Assembly: GCA_034408725.1 (NCBI GenBank)
Contig: JAWXCN010000214.1
Coordinates: 1 to 19,565, forward strand
DNA from: Candidatus Hydrogenedentota bacterium
Lineage (GTDB): Bacteria; Hydrogenedentota; Hydrogenedentia; Hydrogenedentales; SLHB01
Length of the DNA: 19,565 nt
Direction of reading: 5' to 3'
In this document: positions 1-8,753 of the stretch, piece after piece
Layout of the letters: every line of letters begins with the position of its first letter
Numbering within the stretch: position 1 is the first letter of the stretch
Program-made: the position numbers and the translations under genes
The notes under the pieces: model-generated
What the model was told of the DNA's origin: nothing
Seen by the model: the letters and a program-made list of their open reading frames with translations, nothing else
The model's database searches: none

Positions 1-2
1 CC

Positions 3-3000
3 ACGCCCGCGAAACCGGTGCAACCCGCTATTAGCGCAATGGCCTATGCGCAGATTGGCGAGGAATTGGTGTTGGCCCAGGGAAGTTTGCACTCGGTCCA
101 ACTGCTTGGTGTTGATGCCGGGACTGGCGAGACAACTCCGAAAGCAATGCTCGAAGGCCATTCGGAGATGGTGCGCGCACTCGCGTTTTCGCCGGACGGC
201 GCACTGTTGGCGGCGGGCGGTGGAAAGCCCGGGCGCAGCGGCGAGATAAAGATTTGGCGCGTGACGGACAACACGCCGGTGCATACAATAGAAGGCCACA
301 CGGACAATATTCTGGGGCTGGCATTTTCGCCCGACGGCAAACGCCTTGTTTCCGCGAGTTATGATCGTTCGCTGATTGTCTGGGATGTCGAAGCAGGGAC
401 AGCGCTGCACACGCTTGCGAACCACGTGGACGCAGTGTACACCGTAGCGTGGAGCCCGGACGGAAAACGCATCGCGTCTGGCGCGGGCGACCGCACGGTG
501 AAACTGTGGAACGCGGACAACGGGACGTTGCTCGCAACGATATCCGATTCGCTAGACGCGGTGTTGACACTTGCATTCTCGCCCGACGGCAAGTCGCTTG
601 CAGGCGCCGGCGCGGACAAGGTAATTCGCATATGGGAAGTGGGAATCGGCGACGCGCCACTCGAACAATCCGGCGCCACCGCAGGCACGCTCAAGGCGTC
701 ATCGTTTGCGCATGAAGGCGCTGTACTGCGAATCTTGTATGCGCCCGATGGCGTGGCCCTGTATTCCACCGGCGAAGACAAACGCATCAAGGTTTGGGAC
801 GCCGCAAGGTTAACCGAAAAGTTGGCGTATGAGCCGCAATCCGACTGGGTGACGGCGCTCGCGCTGAACCCGAAGGGCAATCTCCTCGCCGCCGGCCGGT
901 ACGATGCATCTACAACGATTTACGCCGCTGATTCCGGCAAACCGCTCAGTGGAGCGTTGGCGGATGGCACCCAGATTGCCGCCGCGACCGGCCCGAAAAA
1001 AGTGACAAGCCTGAGCGTTGAAGCCGTAATCATTCGCGCGACGGTCCCCCCCGCCGTGCAATCCATTTCGCCGGACAGGTGGCACCGCGGGGCGGAAATC
1101 GAACTGACGGTTTCGGGCAAGAACCTGGAGCGCGCGGAACCGATCGTAAACAATCCAAAGATCGTCGTCGAGGTTATGGAAGTCGAGGCGCTGCCCGAAC
1201 CCGATCTGAAATTGGGTGAAGGTCCGCGCGGCACGGGCGCGGACATTCTCGACAACGCGCGTCCATATAAGATCAAACTGAAAATGAAGACCGGTCAAGA
1301 CGCGCCGCTGGGCAGGTATGAACTGTTGTTCCGCACGCCGATGGGTGTCTCGAATGGCGCGGGCTTCACGATAATTCCCGCGCCAGATGCCGGAGAGGTG
1401 GAGCCGAACGAACAGCAGGCGCAAACCGTGCAGTGGCCAGGGGTCGTGATTGGCGCTATCAATGCGTCGGGCGACGTAGACCGGTTTGCGGTCCACGCAA
1501 CGGCCGGCCAGGAACTCGTGTTTGCGATCACCGATAGCGGACTGGCCTCCGATCTGAAACTGGTTGACGGCGCGGGTACCGTCCTCGCCATGAATTCCAA
1601 AACAGACAAAACCAATCGCGACCGCTTGGGGCATCGTTTTCAATCCGATGGCGATTACGTGATCGAGGTAGCGGATGCAGACCTGCGAGCAAACATTGGC
1701 TACCGCCTTCACATCGGACAATTCCCGATGGTGTCGTCGTTTACACCACTCGGGATACACGCGGGCGCGCCGCAGAAGGTGTCATTGACGGGTTTCAATC
1801 TCCCAGCAACCGAGCTCGAAGTCGATCCTCCGGACGAAGCACGAACTGGTACCACGATATCGCTTCCAATCGCAGTTCCAGAAGGGAGTCCGGTATCGAT
1901 TCCATCGATTGCGGTCACGGCGCTACCCGAATTCGACGAGGTTGAGCCCAACAACAGCGCGGCGGAAGCCCAGCCGTTGCCATTTCCGTCGGTGATTAAC
2001 GCGCGCATCGAAAAGGTCGATGGTCCGGATGCGGACTTCTACCATTTTGCGGCCACCAAAGATCAGACCATCTTTATCGAGACCGTGGCGGCTAAATTGG
2101 GTTCACCCGTCGATTCGACCATTGAGGTGCTGGATAGTAACGGCAACTCCTTACAACGCGCGGTGCTGCGATGCGTCGCGAAGACGGCGCTGACCTTGTC
2201 TCCGCGCGATTCGCGGTCAGGTGGGTTGCGCCTCGAAAACTGGCGTGATCTGAAATTGCGCGACTATGTAATGGCTGGCGGCGAAGTCATCAAGGTTTCG
2301 CGCATTCCCGGTTACGGCGACGAAGATGTGTTGTTCGAGCAATATCCCAACGGTCAACGCGTCGGGTATTTCGGAACGACTCCCGAACATCACGCGGTCT
2401 ATGATCATATCTACAAGGTAACCGTACACCCCGTGGGCTCTACCTTCGCGCCAAATGGGATGCCCGTATATCCAATTTTCTGGCGAAACGATGACGGATT
2501 CACGGCGACGGGAGATAGCACGGGCGATTCGGCGCTACAATTCGTGGCGCCCGGCGACGGCGATTATATCGTGCGGGTCAGCGACGTCCGCAACGTAGGC
2601 GGCCCGCAGCATGCCTACCGCCTCATGCTCCGCGCGCTGGAGCCCGACTTCGACGTTTCCGCGGGGCCGTATTACGTGAACATCGCGCCGGGCAGCCGCG
2701 TGCCCGTTGACGTTCGCGTGGTGCGCAAGGATGGGTTTAACGAACCGGTGAATGTAAACATTCACGGGCTGCCGGAAGGATTCATAGCGGAGACTGAGTC
2801 CATCCTGCCCGATGAAGACCTGGTGCGTATTGCAATCGTGGCGGCGCCGGGTGCGAAGTCTACGGCGATGGACGCGCGCTTCATCATCTCCGCGGAATCC
2901 ACGGTGAACGGACAGCCTGTCAAGAAGGAAACTGCCATCGGCCCGATTACGGTGAGTGAAAAGCAGCCGGACCTGATCGTAAACAATGGAGAGAAGGTGC

Positions 3001-3320
3001 TGGCGCTTGCGCCCGGCGAGTTGGGGGCGATCAGCGTCACGCTGACCCGCGCAAACGGTTTCAACAGCCGGTCGCCGATCAGCGTGTTGAACCTGCCCGT
3101 TGGCGTGCGCGTCATGTATACGGGGCTCAACGGAATCCTGGTGCGAGAAGGCGAAACCGGGCGCCGCATCGAAATCCTTGCGGAACCGTGGGTGACGCCA
3201 ATGACACGCAAGATTTATATTCAGGCGAACATTGAAACGCAGACGCCGCTCAAGCCGGTGTTTATCGGTGAAGCCATTGAACTTCGGATTGCGGAGCCGC
3301 AGAAAGTTGCGAAATCGTAA
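3..3320 (+). CDS. WD40-repeat beta-propeller + Ig-like/PPC (pre-peptidase C-terminal-like) multidomain protein, 5'-truncated
   Basis: The frame is open from position 3 (ACG CCC GCG AAA CCG GTG), so GTG18 is probably not the true start. Six clear WD40 repeats (e.g. GHTDNILGLAFSPDGKRLVSASYDRSLIVWD) plus a degenerate first blade. An Ig/IPT-like segment follows (ISPDRWHRGAEIELTVSGKNL), then two EVEPN-preceded PPC-like modules (DVDRFAV..GQELVF; DADFYHF..DQTIFIE) and C-terminal Ig-like domains (VRKDGFNEPV..GLPEG). Stop TAA 3318-3320. Confidence 0.88.
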   Translation, partial: TPAKPVQPAISAMAYAQIGEELVLAQGSLHSVQLLGVDAGTGETTPKAMLEGHSEMVRALAFSPDGALLAAGGGKPGRSGEIKIWRVTDNTPVHTIEGHTDNILGLAFSPDGKRLVSASYDRSLIVWDVEAGTALHTLANHVDAVYTVAWSPDGKRIASGAGDRTVKLWNADNGTLLATISDSLDAVLTLAFSPDGKSLAGAGADKVIRIWEVGIGDAPLEQSGATAGTLKASSFAHEGAVLRILYAPDGVALYSTGEDKRIKVWDAARLTEKLAYEPQSDWVTALALNPKGNLLAAGRYDASTTIYAADSGKPLSGALADGTQIAAATGPKKVTSLSVEAVIIRATVPPAVQSISPDRWHRGAEIELTVSGKNLERAEPIVNNPKIVVEVMEVEALPEPDLKLGEGPRGTGADILDNARPYKIKLKMKTGQDAPLGRYELLFRTPMGVSNGAGFTIIPAPDAGEVEPNEQQAQTVQWPGVVIGAINASGDVDRFAVHATAGQELVFAITDSGLASDLKLVDGAGTVLAMNSKTDKTNRDRLGHRFQSDGDYVIEVADADLRANIGYRLHIGQFPMVSSFTPLGIHAGAPQKVSLTGFNLPATELEVDPPDEARTGTTISLPIAVPEGSPVSIPSIAVTALPEFDEVEPNNSAAEAQPLPFPSVINARIEKVDGPDADFYHFAATKDQTIFIETVAAKLGSPVDSTIEVLDSNGNSLQRAVLRCVAKTALTLSPRDSRSGGLRLENWRDLKLRDYVMAGGEVIKVSRIPGYGDEDVLFEQYPNGQRVGYFGTTPEHHAVYDHIYKVTVHPVGSTFAPNGMPVYPIFWRNDDGFTATGDSTGDSALQFVAPGDGDYIVRVSDVRNVGGPQHAYRLMLRALEPDFDVSAGPYYVNIAPGSRVPVDVRVVRKDGFNEPVNVNIHGLPEGFIAETESILPDEDLVRIAIVAAPGAKSTAMDARFIISAESTVNGQPVKKETAIGPITVSEKQPDLIVNNGEKVLALAPGELGAISVTLTRANGFNSRSPISVLNLPVGVRVMYTGLNGILVREGETGRRIEILAEPWVTPMTRKIYIQANIETQTPLKPVFIGEAIELRIAEPQKVAKS

Positions 3321-3330
3321 TTGCTGTCTC

Positions 3331-3360
3331 CTCGTTCCCGCACTTCCATTCGGGAACGCA
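3331..3360. repeat. REP-like extragenic palindrome between convergent genes; possible terminator
   Basis: CGTTCCCG (3333-3340) and CGGGAACG (3351-3358) form a perfect 8-bp stem with a 10-nt loop, starting 12 nt after the WD40 gene stop. Confidence 0.55.
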
Positions 3361-3431
3361 CTCTTGAAAAGCTCCACTTTGAACCCGAGGTACAGTTGGT
3401 CGCACAATGGGCTCCGAATCGGAATTCAGCG

Positions 3432-4688
3432 CTACATCAGCGACGTCAAATCGATCTCGACCGAGTGAATCTCCGTCGGCAACATCTCGCCCAGAAATTG
3501 CGGCCAATCACGTGAAACGTCGCTGGAATAGTAGCTACCGAATGCCTGATCACCCTGCACAACGATCGCCGCGCCCGCCGTATCTCCTCCGCTCGGTAAA
3601 TCTGTAATCCATTCAATGGCGCCGGGCTGCACACGGTAGATCTCGGTGCGGCGCCGTCCCAGCGCATTGGAGATGCGATTGTTTGCTCTCAGCGGGATGC
3701 CTGCGACGGCGTATATATCGCCTTTGTAGCGGAACAGGCACGGGCTTTCCAAAGGCATGTTCCAGACCCGATTCGTTTCCCACGATGTATAGGGTGGAAA
3801 CGCTGTTGCGATGACGGTATGACCCCGGTCCGAAAAAGGAGACCCGCCGGTCCTAACAGCAACGAGCACCAGCATGCGACCATCCGCCAGGAACTCGATC
3901 TCCGGTTCCTGCGCGCCGCCCTGATAAACTTCGGAAATTTCTTCCCATGCCAGGCCGTCGTCTGTACGTAGCAGAGTCGTAACGCCTGTGCCAGGTGAAT
4001 GGGCCGCGGAATACCAGGTCAGGCCATCACGCGTTTTAGGGCGACCTACCACCGTGCCGATAGGTGCAATCTCTACCAATGCAGACCAGTTGTTCCCATC
4101 TTCGGTATACGACATAAACGTGGATTCGCGAAACGGCGCCGTGGCCATCGCCGCATACAAAAACAGGCGGCTCCCTACCGCTGCGAATGATGCCTTGCGG
4201 ATGCCACTGCCTTGGGATGCACGGAATTCCGCCGCGGTTTCCCAATCCCCGGTATCGGTCGAACGACGCAGAACGAGTCTGGATTCGCCGGCGCTAAGGC
4301 CGGCTGGCGCGGTTGCGTGAACAAGATGGAACGCTCCGCGCCAATAGATGAGGTCGGTATTCGTGTTGTGCAGCCCGTCGCGGACGGCAACGCTGCGTTC
4401 GTATTGAACGGCGGGATTGATGATCGCCGTGTTCTCGCGGAAGTATGCGTGGGCAAACCATAGTGCGCCAATGGCGAGCAGGATAAGCGCGACCAGTACA
4501 CTGGCGAGCACCCACCTTACCATGCGCGAGCGGGGCTTTGGTTGTATGTCCGTTCCCGTGTCCGGCCAAGTCTTCGCGCGTTCTTCTGCTAGGACGCGCG
4601 CGGCCGCCTCGGCATCCAGATAGCCGAACTCCTGCTCGCGCAGCGATTCTTTCTCCAACGCTTTTTTCACTGTGGACTGGCTTGACAT
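3432..4688 (-). CDS. Membrane-anchored Asp-box/BNR (sialidase-like beta-propeller) protein
   Basis: 418 aa. Charged N-terminal tail, then one TM helix (WVLASVLVALILLAIGALWFA). Asp-box-like motifs RSTDTGDW, SYTEDGNNW and RTDDGLAW. Propeller-type motifs EPEIEFLADGRML and LPSGGDT..SYYSS. Confidence 0.72.
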   Translation of the reverse strand: MSSQSTVKKALEKESLREQEFGYLDAEAAARVLAEERAKTWPDTGTDIQPKPRSRMVRWVLASVLVALILLAIGALWFAHAYFRENTAIINPAVQYERSVAVRDGLHNTNTDLIYWRGAFHLVHATAPAGLSAGESRLVLRRSTDTGDWETAAEFRASQGSGIRKASFAAVGSRLFLYAAMATAPFRESTFMSYTEDGNNWSALVEIAPIGTVVGRPKTRDGLTWYSAAHSPGTGVTTLLRTDDGLAWEEISEVYQGGAQEPEIEFLADGRMLVLVAVRTGGSPFSDRGHTVIATAFPPYTSWETNRVWNMPLESPCLFRYKGDIYAVAGIPLRANNRISNALGRRRTEIYRVQPGAIEWITDLPSGGDTAGAAIVVQGDQAFGSYYSSDVSRDWPQFLGEMLPTEIHSVEIDLTSLM

Positions 4689-4693
4689 GACGC

Positions 4694-4724
4694 ATCAGTG
4701 TACTGATTTTGGTGCGTGCCGCAA
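4694..4724 (-). promoter_or_regulatory. Putative sigma70-type promoter for the Asp-box gene, overlapped by a palindrome
   Basis: Minus strand TTGCGG (4724-4719), 16-nt spacer, TACACT (4702-4697), 8 nt before ATG4688. ATCAGT-GT-ACTGAT palindrome at 4694-4707. Confidence 0.35.
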
Positions 4725-4790
4725 ACTGTTCGCGCGCCGCATGCCGTGTTATTGTGCTGCGCCCGCACTCAGCGGCCGGAGACTGACTGG

Positions 4791-5831
4791 ATGGACATGG
4801 AATCGCGCAGTGCCGCGCTGCGGATGACGCCCCGTTTGCTCGCGCACGGAGCCGCTGGCGTCGAGGTGGTCGATGAATATCTGTTTCACGACACCAGGCG
4901 GGACAAGCAGGTCCCGCTGCGCATTTACATGCCCAATAGCGGCGGGCCCTGCCCGGTAATTCTGTATTCGCATGGCGCGGGCGATTCCAATGCGACTTCA
5001 CCCTTATTGTTGCGGCATTGGGCAAGTCATGGATATGTCATCATTGTGCCGACGCATTTGTTCGGCGCCCGTCCATTGATCGAGCGCAGCATCTTGCGGT
5101 TGCGAGAAGAATTGTTGCGACCACGGGAGATAGGCCCCGCCGCCTGGCGGGAACGCACGGACGATCTTGTCGCAATTCTGGACAATCTCGCCTTGATCGA
5201 GTATGCAGTTCCCACATTGGCCGGACGGCTCGATCACGAGGCGGTAGCGGTGGCAGGCCATTCCTTCGGCGCGTACACCGTTATGCTGCTCGGTGGCGCG
5301 ACTCTGACCGATCCGGTCTCCGGTGAACATTTCCGTTTCGACGACCCGCGGCCACGCGCGGTGTTGATGATTTCAGGGCCGGGGCAGGATCATATGGGGC
5401 TCACGGCGGATTCATGGACTACATTCACAAAGCCGCTCATGGTCTTCGCCGGATCGCGCGATCCCGGGTATATTTTTGGCGCTGGCCCTATGTGGCGTGC
5501 AGAACCGTATGTGCTTGGTCCGCCGGGTGACAAATATCTCGTCTATATTCGCGGCGCCCATCACCTCTCGTATATTGGTCCGCTCATCGATATCCCGTTG
5601 CGCGATCCGGCGCGCCGGGGCGCTTTCGCGCAAGGCGTGCGGCACGTCGCGCGGCGCGTGGCGCGCGTGTTGCCCGCGATTGACCAGACAGGAATTTTCG
5701 ATTACACGCGCATTGCGAGCACGGCGTTTTGGAATGCTTATCTCAGGCATGACGGCGGCGCGCGCGCATACCTCACTTCGCATGCGCTGGATGTTTACAG
5801 CGCGCGGAATGCGCGAACGGAATCGAAGTAA
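4791..5831 (+). CDS. Alpha/beta-fold hydrolase (dienelactone-hydrolase/PAF-acetylhydrolase-like)
   Basis: RDKQVPLRIYMP..PVILYSHGAG, HWASHGYVII, nucleophile elbow GHSFG, candidate Asp (GSRD) and His (GAHHLSY). Start placed at ATG4791 (GGAG at 4778-4781) rather than the ORF-track GTG4716. Confidence 0.85.
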   Translation: MDMESRSAALRMTPRLLAHGAAGVEVVDEYLFHDTRRDKQVPLRIYMPNSGGPCPVILYSHGAGDSNATSPLLLRHWASHGYVIIVPTHLFGARPLIERSILRLREELLRPREIGPAAWRERTDDLVAILDNLALIEYAVPTLAGRLDHEAVAVAGHSFGAYTVMLLGGATLTDPVSGEHFRFDDPRPRAVLMISGPGQDHMGLTADSWTTFTKPLMVFAGSRDPGYIFGAGPMWRAEPYVLGPPGDKYLVYIRGAHHLSYIGPLIDIPLRDPARRGAFAQGVRHVARRVARVLPAIDQTGIFDYTRIASTAFWNAYLRHDGGARAYLTSHALDVYSARNARTESK

Positions 5832-5835
5832 CCGG

Positions 5836-7710
5836 TTACGGTTTCGGCGTGTTCACAAAGCCAGCATACAGGGCGGCAATCGCGTCTGCTCGCGAAATCC
5901 CCTCTCCTGCATTTTTGCTGAGGCTTATCGTCAAGCCGGCAGACTTGCAAAGTGCGATCCATTCTTGTCCCGTCATGGCCGCATTGAGTGAAACTGGGAG
6001 TAATGCCGAATCGACCGGAAGTTCGGGATACAGGCAGGCCAGCCAATGAAAAGCTTCGTGCGCAAGCAGGGGATCGCCGGGACGCGCGTGGTAATCGGAG
6101 AACAGGCCCTTTGTGCCGAGAAATTGAAACGCCTTAAAAGCCGGGTGGTCTTTAGGCAGGTCGTCGAAATAGGTAAGGACCTGGGCTTGATCGACCAGCA
6201 TTTGTTGCAGCGCCGTGATTGGTACGTTTCTCGGCGTAGTTCCGCCCGCGATGGCCAAATGTGCCGCGACGCCCGCGGCTTGTCCCAGGCTCATCCAGGT
6301 AGGTTCGAGGCGAACGGAAGAAAACGCGATATGGGTCGCGCTGCATGCGACCGGAACGATGAGTCCATCGACGTCCTTCGGGATCATGACCCGATAGGGA
6401 ATCTGATACGGCTGGGTGTATACGTTCAGCATGAGGATGTAGCCCTCAAGCGCGGTTTCGTGGCCAGGTTCGTACTTGCGCGTCGGAAACGAATCGATGG
6501 GGAATTCGCCCGCGCTGATTGCGTCCGCGTGTACGGGCGCGCGGGCGGAGTCGGGCGCAAGCGTGAGGTCACGTTCGCTCAAAGTGTATTCGCCAATGAT
6601 CCGTCGCGCTTCTCGCACGTACAACGCCCAGGGAAAGTTTCCGTTGCCGGTGAATTCATCCGAGGGCAACCCATAGGTGCGCGCGAGTGCGCGGTCGGTT
6701 TCAGGCACATCAGGATCGTTTTGCAAAAAATAGAGCAAGCCCAAGGTCAGGTTACGCAGGCGCGCTTCGATTTTCTCGCGCGTCGCCCAATCGGCTTCGG
6801 CGTATCCCGCGTTTTCTTCCGCAAACGGAAATCCGAGCGGCCACGGTTTCATGTTTGCATCGTACTTCTGATTGGGAATTTCGGCGATGGAGAGGGCTTT
6901 CACCGCAGAATCCAGCCGGCCCAACTTTAGATCGAGGAGATAATTCAGATATCGGCTGCGGTCATAACCCTCCGGCTTTTCCGGCAGAACGCGCCTATCC
7001 GGGTTCGTCGTCAGGCACAAGCGATACGTGTATGCCACTAGCCGGTCGTCGCCTTCGCCGGTTGTGCCGGGTAGCAGCGCGCGGGTTTTGTGGTCCATGT
7101 AAATGACGCCGGCGTGTGGCTCATCGAATTCCGCGCGGGACTCGCGCCCTACGCGATATGCCGCGCCCGCGTACGCGGCGAGATCGCCTTCGTAGGTGGC
7201 GTCGATGAATATTTTTCCGCGCAATTCAATAGTTGCGCCGGTGTCGCGATTGGTGACGCGCACAGCGGAAACACTGCGATCACGGCGCACGACTTCATCC
7301 AGCCGGTGCCGCAGCAATATCGTGATGGATTGCTGTTCGCCCAACATCTGTTGAAAAATGTTTTCCGCGACCGACGGCTCGTAGAAGTATCCGTTTTTGC
7401 ACTTCACGACCTGATCGGAGTCCGCGCCGTAGGTCTTTACGTAATGCTCGAGCACACGGCCGACAAACTCGTCCCACAGCCCGCCGATGGCGTCCGCTTT
7501 GGTGATGTCCGATTTTCCGAGACCGCTTGCGGTGAGACCGCCGACGTGCGCCCGGTATTCCACCAGCGCGACGGAATGGCCAAGGCGGGCGGCAGAGACT
7601 GCGGCGCTGATGCCGCCTGGAGTCGCGCCGACGACTACGACGTCGTAGGGTAGCTGCGCGGCGACGGAAGCGCACAAGACTGAAGTGGCAAGTAGCGAAC
7701 GGATCAACAT
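5836..7710 (-). CDS. Exported FAD-dependent oxidoreductase (FAD_oxidored/PF12831-like family)
   Basis: Signal-peptide-like N-terminus. Dinucleotide-binding start YDVVVVGATPGGISAAVSAAR. Family motifs GGLTASGLG, FIDATYEGDL, GRE, YVREARRIIG, YQIPYRVMIP, SATHIAFSSVRLEP, GQAAG. SD AGGGAG upstream. Confidence 0.88.
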   Translation of the reverse strand: MLIRSLLATSVLCASVAAQLPYDVVVVGATPGGISAAVSAARLGHSVALVEYRAHVGGLTASGLGKSDITKADAIGGLWDEFVGRVLEHYVKTYGADSDQVVKCKNGYFYEPSVAENIFQQMLGEQQSITILLRHRLDEVVRRDRSVSAVRVTNRDTGATIELRGKIFIDATYEGDLAAYAGAAYRVGRESRAEFDEPHAGVIYMDHKTRALLPGTTGEGDDRLVAYTYRLCLTTNPDRRVLPEKPEGYDRSRYLNYLLDLKLGRLDSAVKALSIAEIPNQKYDANMKPWPLGFPFAEENAGYAEADWATREKIEARLRNLTLGLLYFLQNDPDVPETDRALARTYGLPSDEFTGNGNFPWALYVREARRIIGEYTLSERDLTLAPDSARAPVHADAISAGEFPIDSFPTRKYEPGHETALEGYILMLNVYTQPYQIPYRVMIPKDVDGLIVPVACSATHIAFSSVRLEPTWMSLGQAAGVAAHLAIAGGTTPRNVPITALQQMLVDQAQVLTYFDDLPKDHPAFKAFQFLGTKGLFSDYHARPGDPLLAHEAFHWLACLYPELPVDSALLPVSLNAAMTGQEWIALCKSAGLTISLSKNAGEGISRADAIAALYAGFVNTPKP

Positions 7711-7788
7711 GGTACTTTCTCCCTATTGATGGAAAATATTACGCCGCCGATACCATCCCGCGCATCTACGGTTCGTCACGCTGCTTTT

Positions 7789-7879
7789 TCGTGCTCGTGC
7801 TCGTCATCGTAATCGATACTCGTTAACTCGAAGGGGACCCGATCTACGATTACGATGACGAGCACGAGCACGAGCACGA
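7789..7879. repeat. 27-bp perfect inverted repeat built from CGAnnA hexamers (REP-like hairpin)
   Basis: TCGTGCTCGTGCTCGTCATCGTAATCG (7789-7815) is the exact reverse complement of CGATTACGATGACGAGCACGAGCACGA (7847-7873). Loop 31 nt. One extra GCACGA unit at 7874-7879. Confidence 0.9.
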
Positions 7880-7931
7880 TTTCGCTAGCGTCGATCAAAT
7901 TCGGTACGATAACAACCAGGAGAACCTTCGC

Positions 7932-8363
7932 ATGTTCGCGTTTAGCGCGGAACCAATCGATGTTGCCCTGCTCACCTCGCAACTTGCGCGACCCGAGGCG
8001 GGGGCGTGCATCACGTTTGAAGGCTGGGTTCGCAACCACAACCAGGGCCAAGGCGTGTTGCGCCTCGAATATGAAGCATATGAGCCGCTCGCGGTGAAAG
8101 AGGGCGAGCTGATACTCGGTGAGGCGATGCGGAAGTTCAATGTGTGCGATGCGCATTGTGTCCATCGTGTCGGCAGTCTTGAAATTGGCGATACGGCGGT
8201 TTGGGTCGGCGTCACGGCAGCGCACCGCGACGAAGCGTATCGCGCGAGCCGTTACATCATCGACGAAATCAAGGCGCGTGTGCCCATCTGGAAAAAAGAA
8301 CATTATGCGCGCGGTGATTCGGGTTGGGTGAATTGCGAACAATCCGGGAGTGCAACTGCTTGA
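7932..8363 (+). CDS. moaE: Molybdopterin synthase catalytic (large) subunit MoaE
   Basis: GACITFEGWVRNHN, LEYEAYEPLA, HRVGSLEIGD, AAHRDEAY, IIDEIKARVPIWKKEHY. SD AGGAG at 7918-7922. Confidence 0.96.
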   Translation: MFAFSAEPIDVALLTSQLARPEAGACITFEGWVRNHNQGQGVLRLEYEAYEPLAVKEGELILGEAMRKFNVCDAHCVHRVGSLEIGDTAVWVGVTAAHRDEAYRASRYIIDEIKARVPIWKKEHYARGDSGWVNCEQSGSATA

Positions 8364-8746
8364 CGCCGTGGTTCGCGAATACGTTAATGCTCGCCGCCGC
8401 CGCAATTCTCGTATTTTGTGGTTGCGCGCATTCTTATCTCGGTGAACGGTTCCTGTTCCGGCGTCTGTTCGCGCTGCCGGACCTGCCGCTGTTTCACCAT
8501 GACCGGCGCTACACGGAAAGTGTGTTGCGTTTCGCGTGGCATCTAACAAGCCTCGCGTGGTGGGGGTTTGCGGCGATCCTTCTTTCGCTCGCGATTGGTG
8601 CGCCGACGCTACGTGTAGTCGGAGGTATTATCGGCATCACGATCCTGCTTACCGGAACCATCATCGTGGCTACCGCCGGCAAGCGGCACCCCGCCTGGTG
8701 GCTGTTCTTGCTTGCGGGCGGGCTCATTATCGCGGCGTCGTGGTAA
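8360..8746 (+). CDS. Hypothetical integral membrane protein (about 4 TM), translationally coupled to moaE
   Basis: TTG8360 overlaps the moaE TGA (TTGA), with GGGAG at 8346-8350; ATG8387 is an alternative start. Four hydrophobic segments, with AHSYLGE, RFAWHLTS and HPAW motifs. Confidence 0.72.
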   Translation: MTPWFANTLMLAAAAILVFCGCAHSYLGERFLFRRLFALPDLPLFHHDRRYTESVLRFAWHLTSLAWWGFAAILLSLAIGAPTLRVVGGIIGITILLTGTIIVATAGKRHPAWWLFLLAGGLIIAASW

Positions 8747-8753
8747 CACTTCT

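Noticed and set aside
5828..5839. Perfect 12-bp palindrome GTAACCGGTTAC
   Set aside because: Half of it arises automatically from two convergent TAA stops, and the rest is compatible with chance.
7776..8549. 257-aa minus-strand ORF ending in IVLVLVLVIVIV..DYDDEHEHEK
   Set aside because: It is antisense to moaE, and the striking tail is only the translated hexamer inverted repeat.
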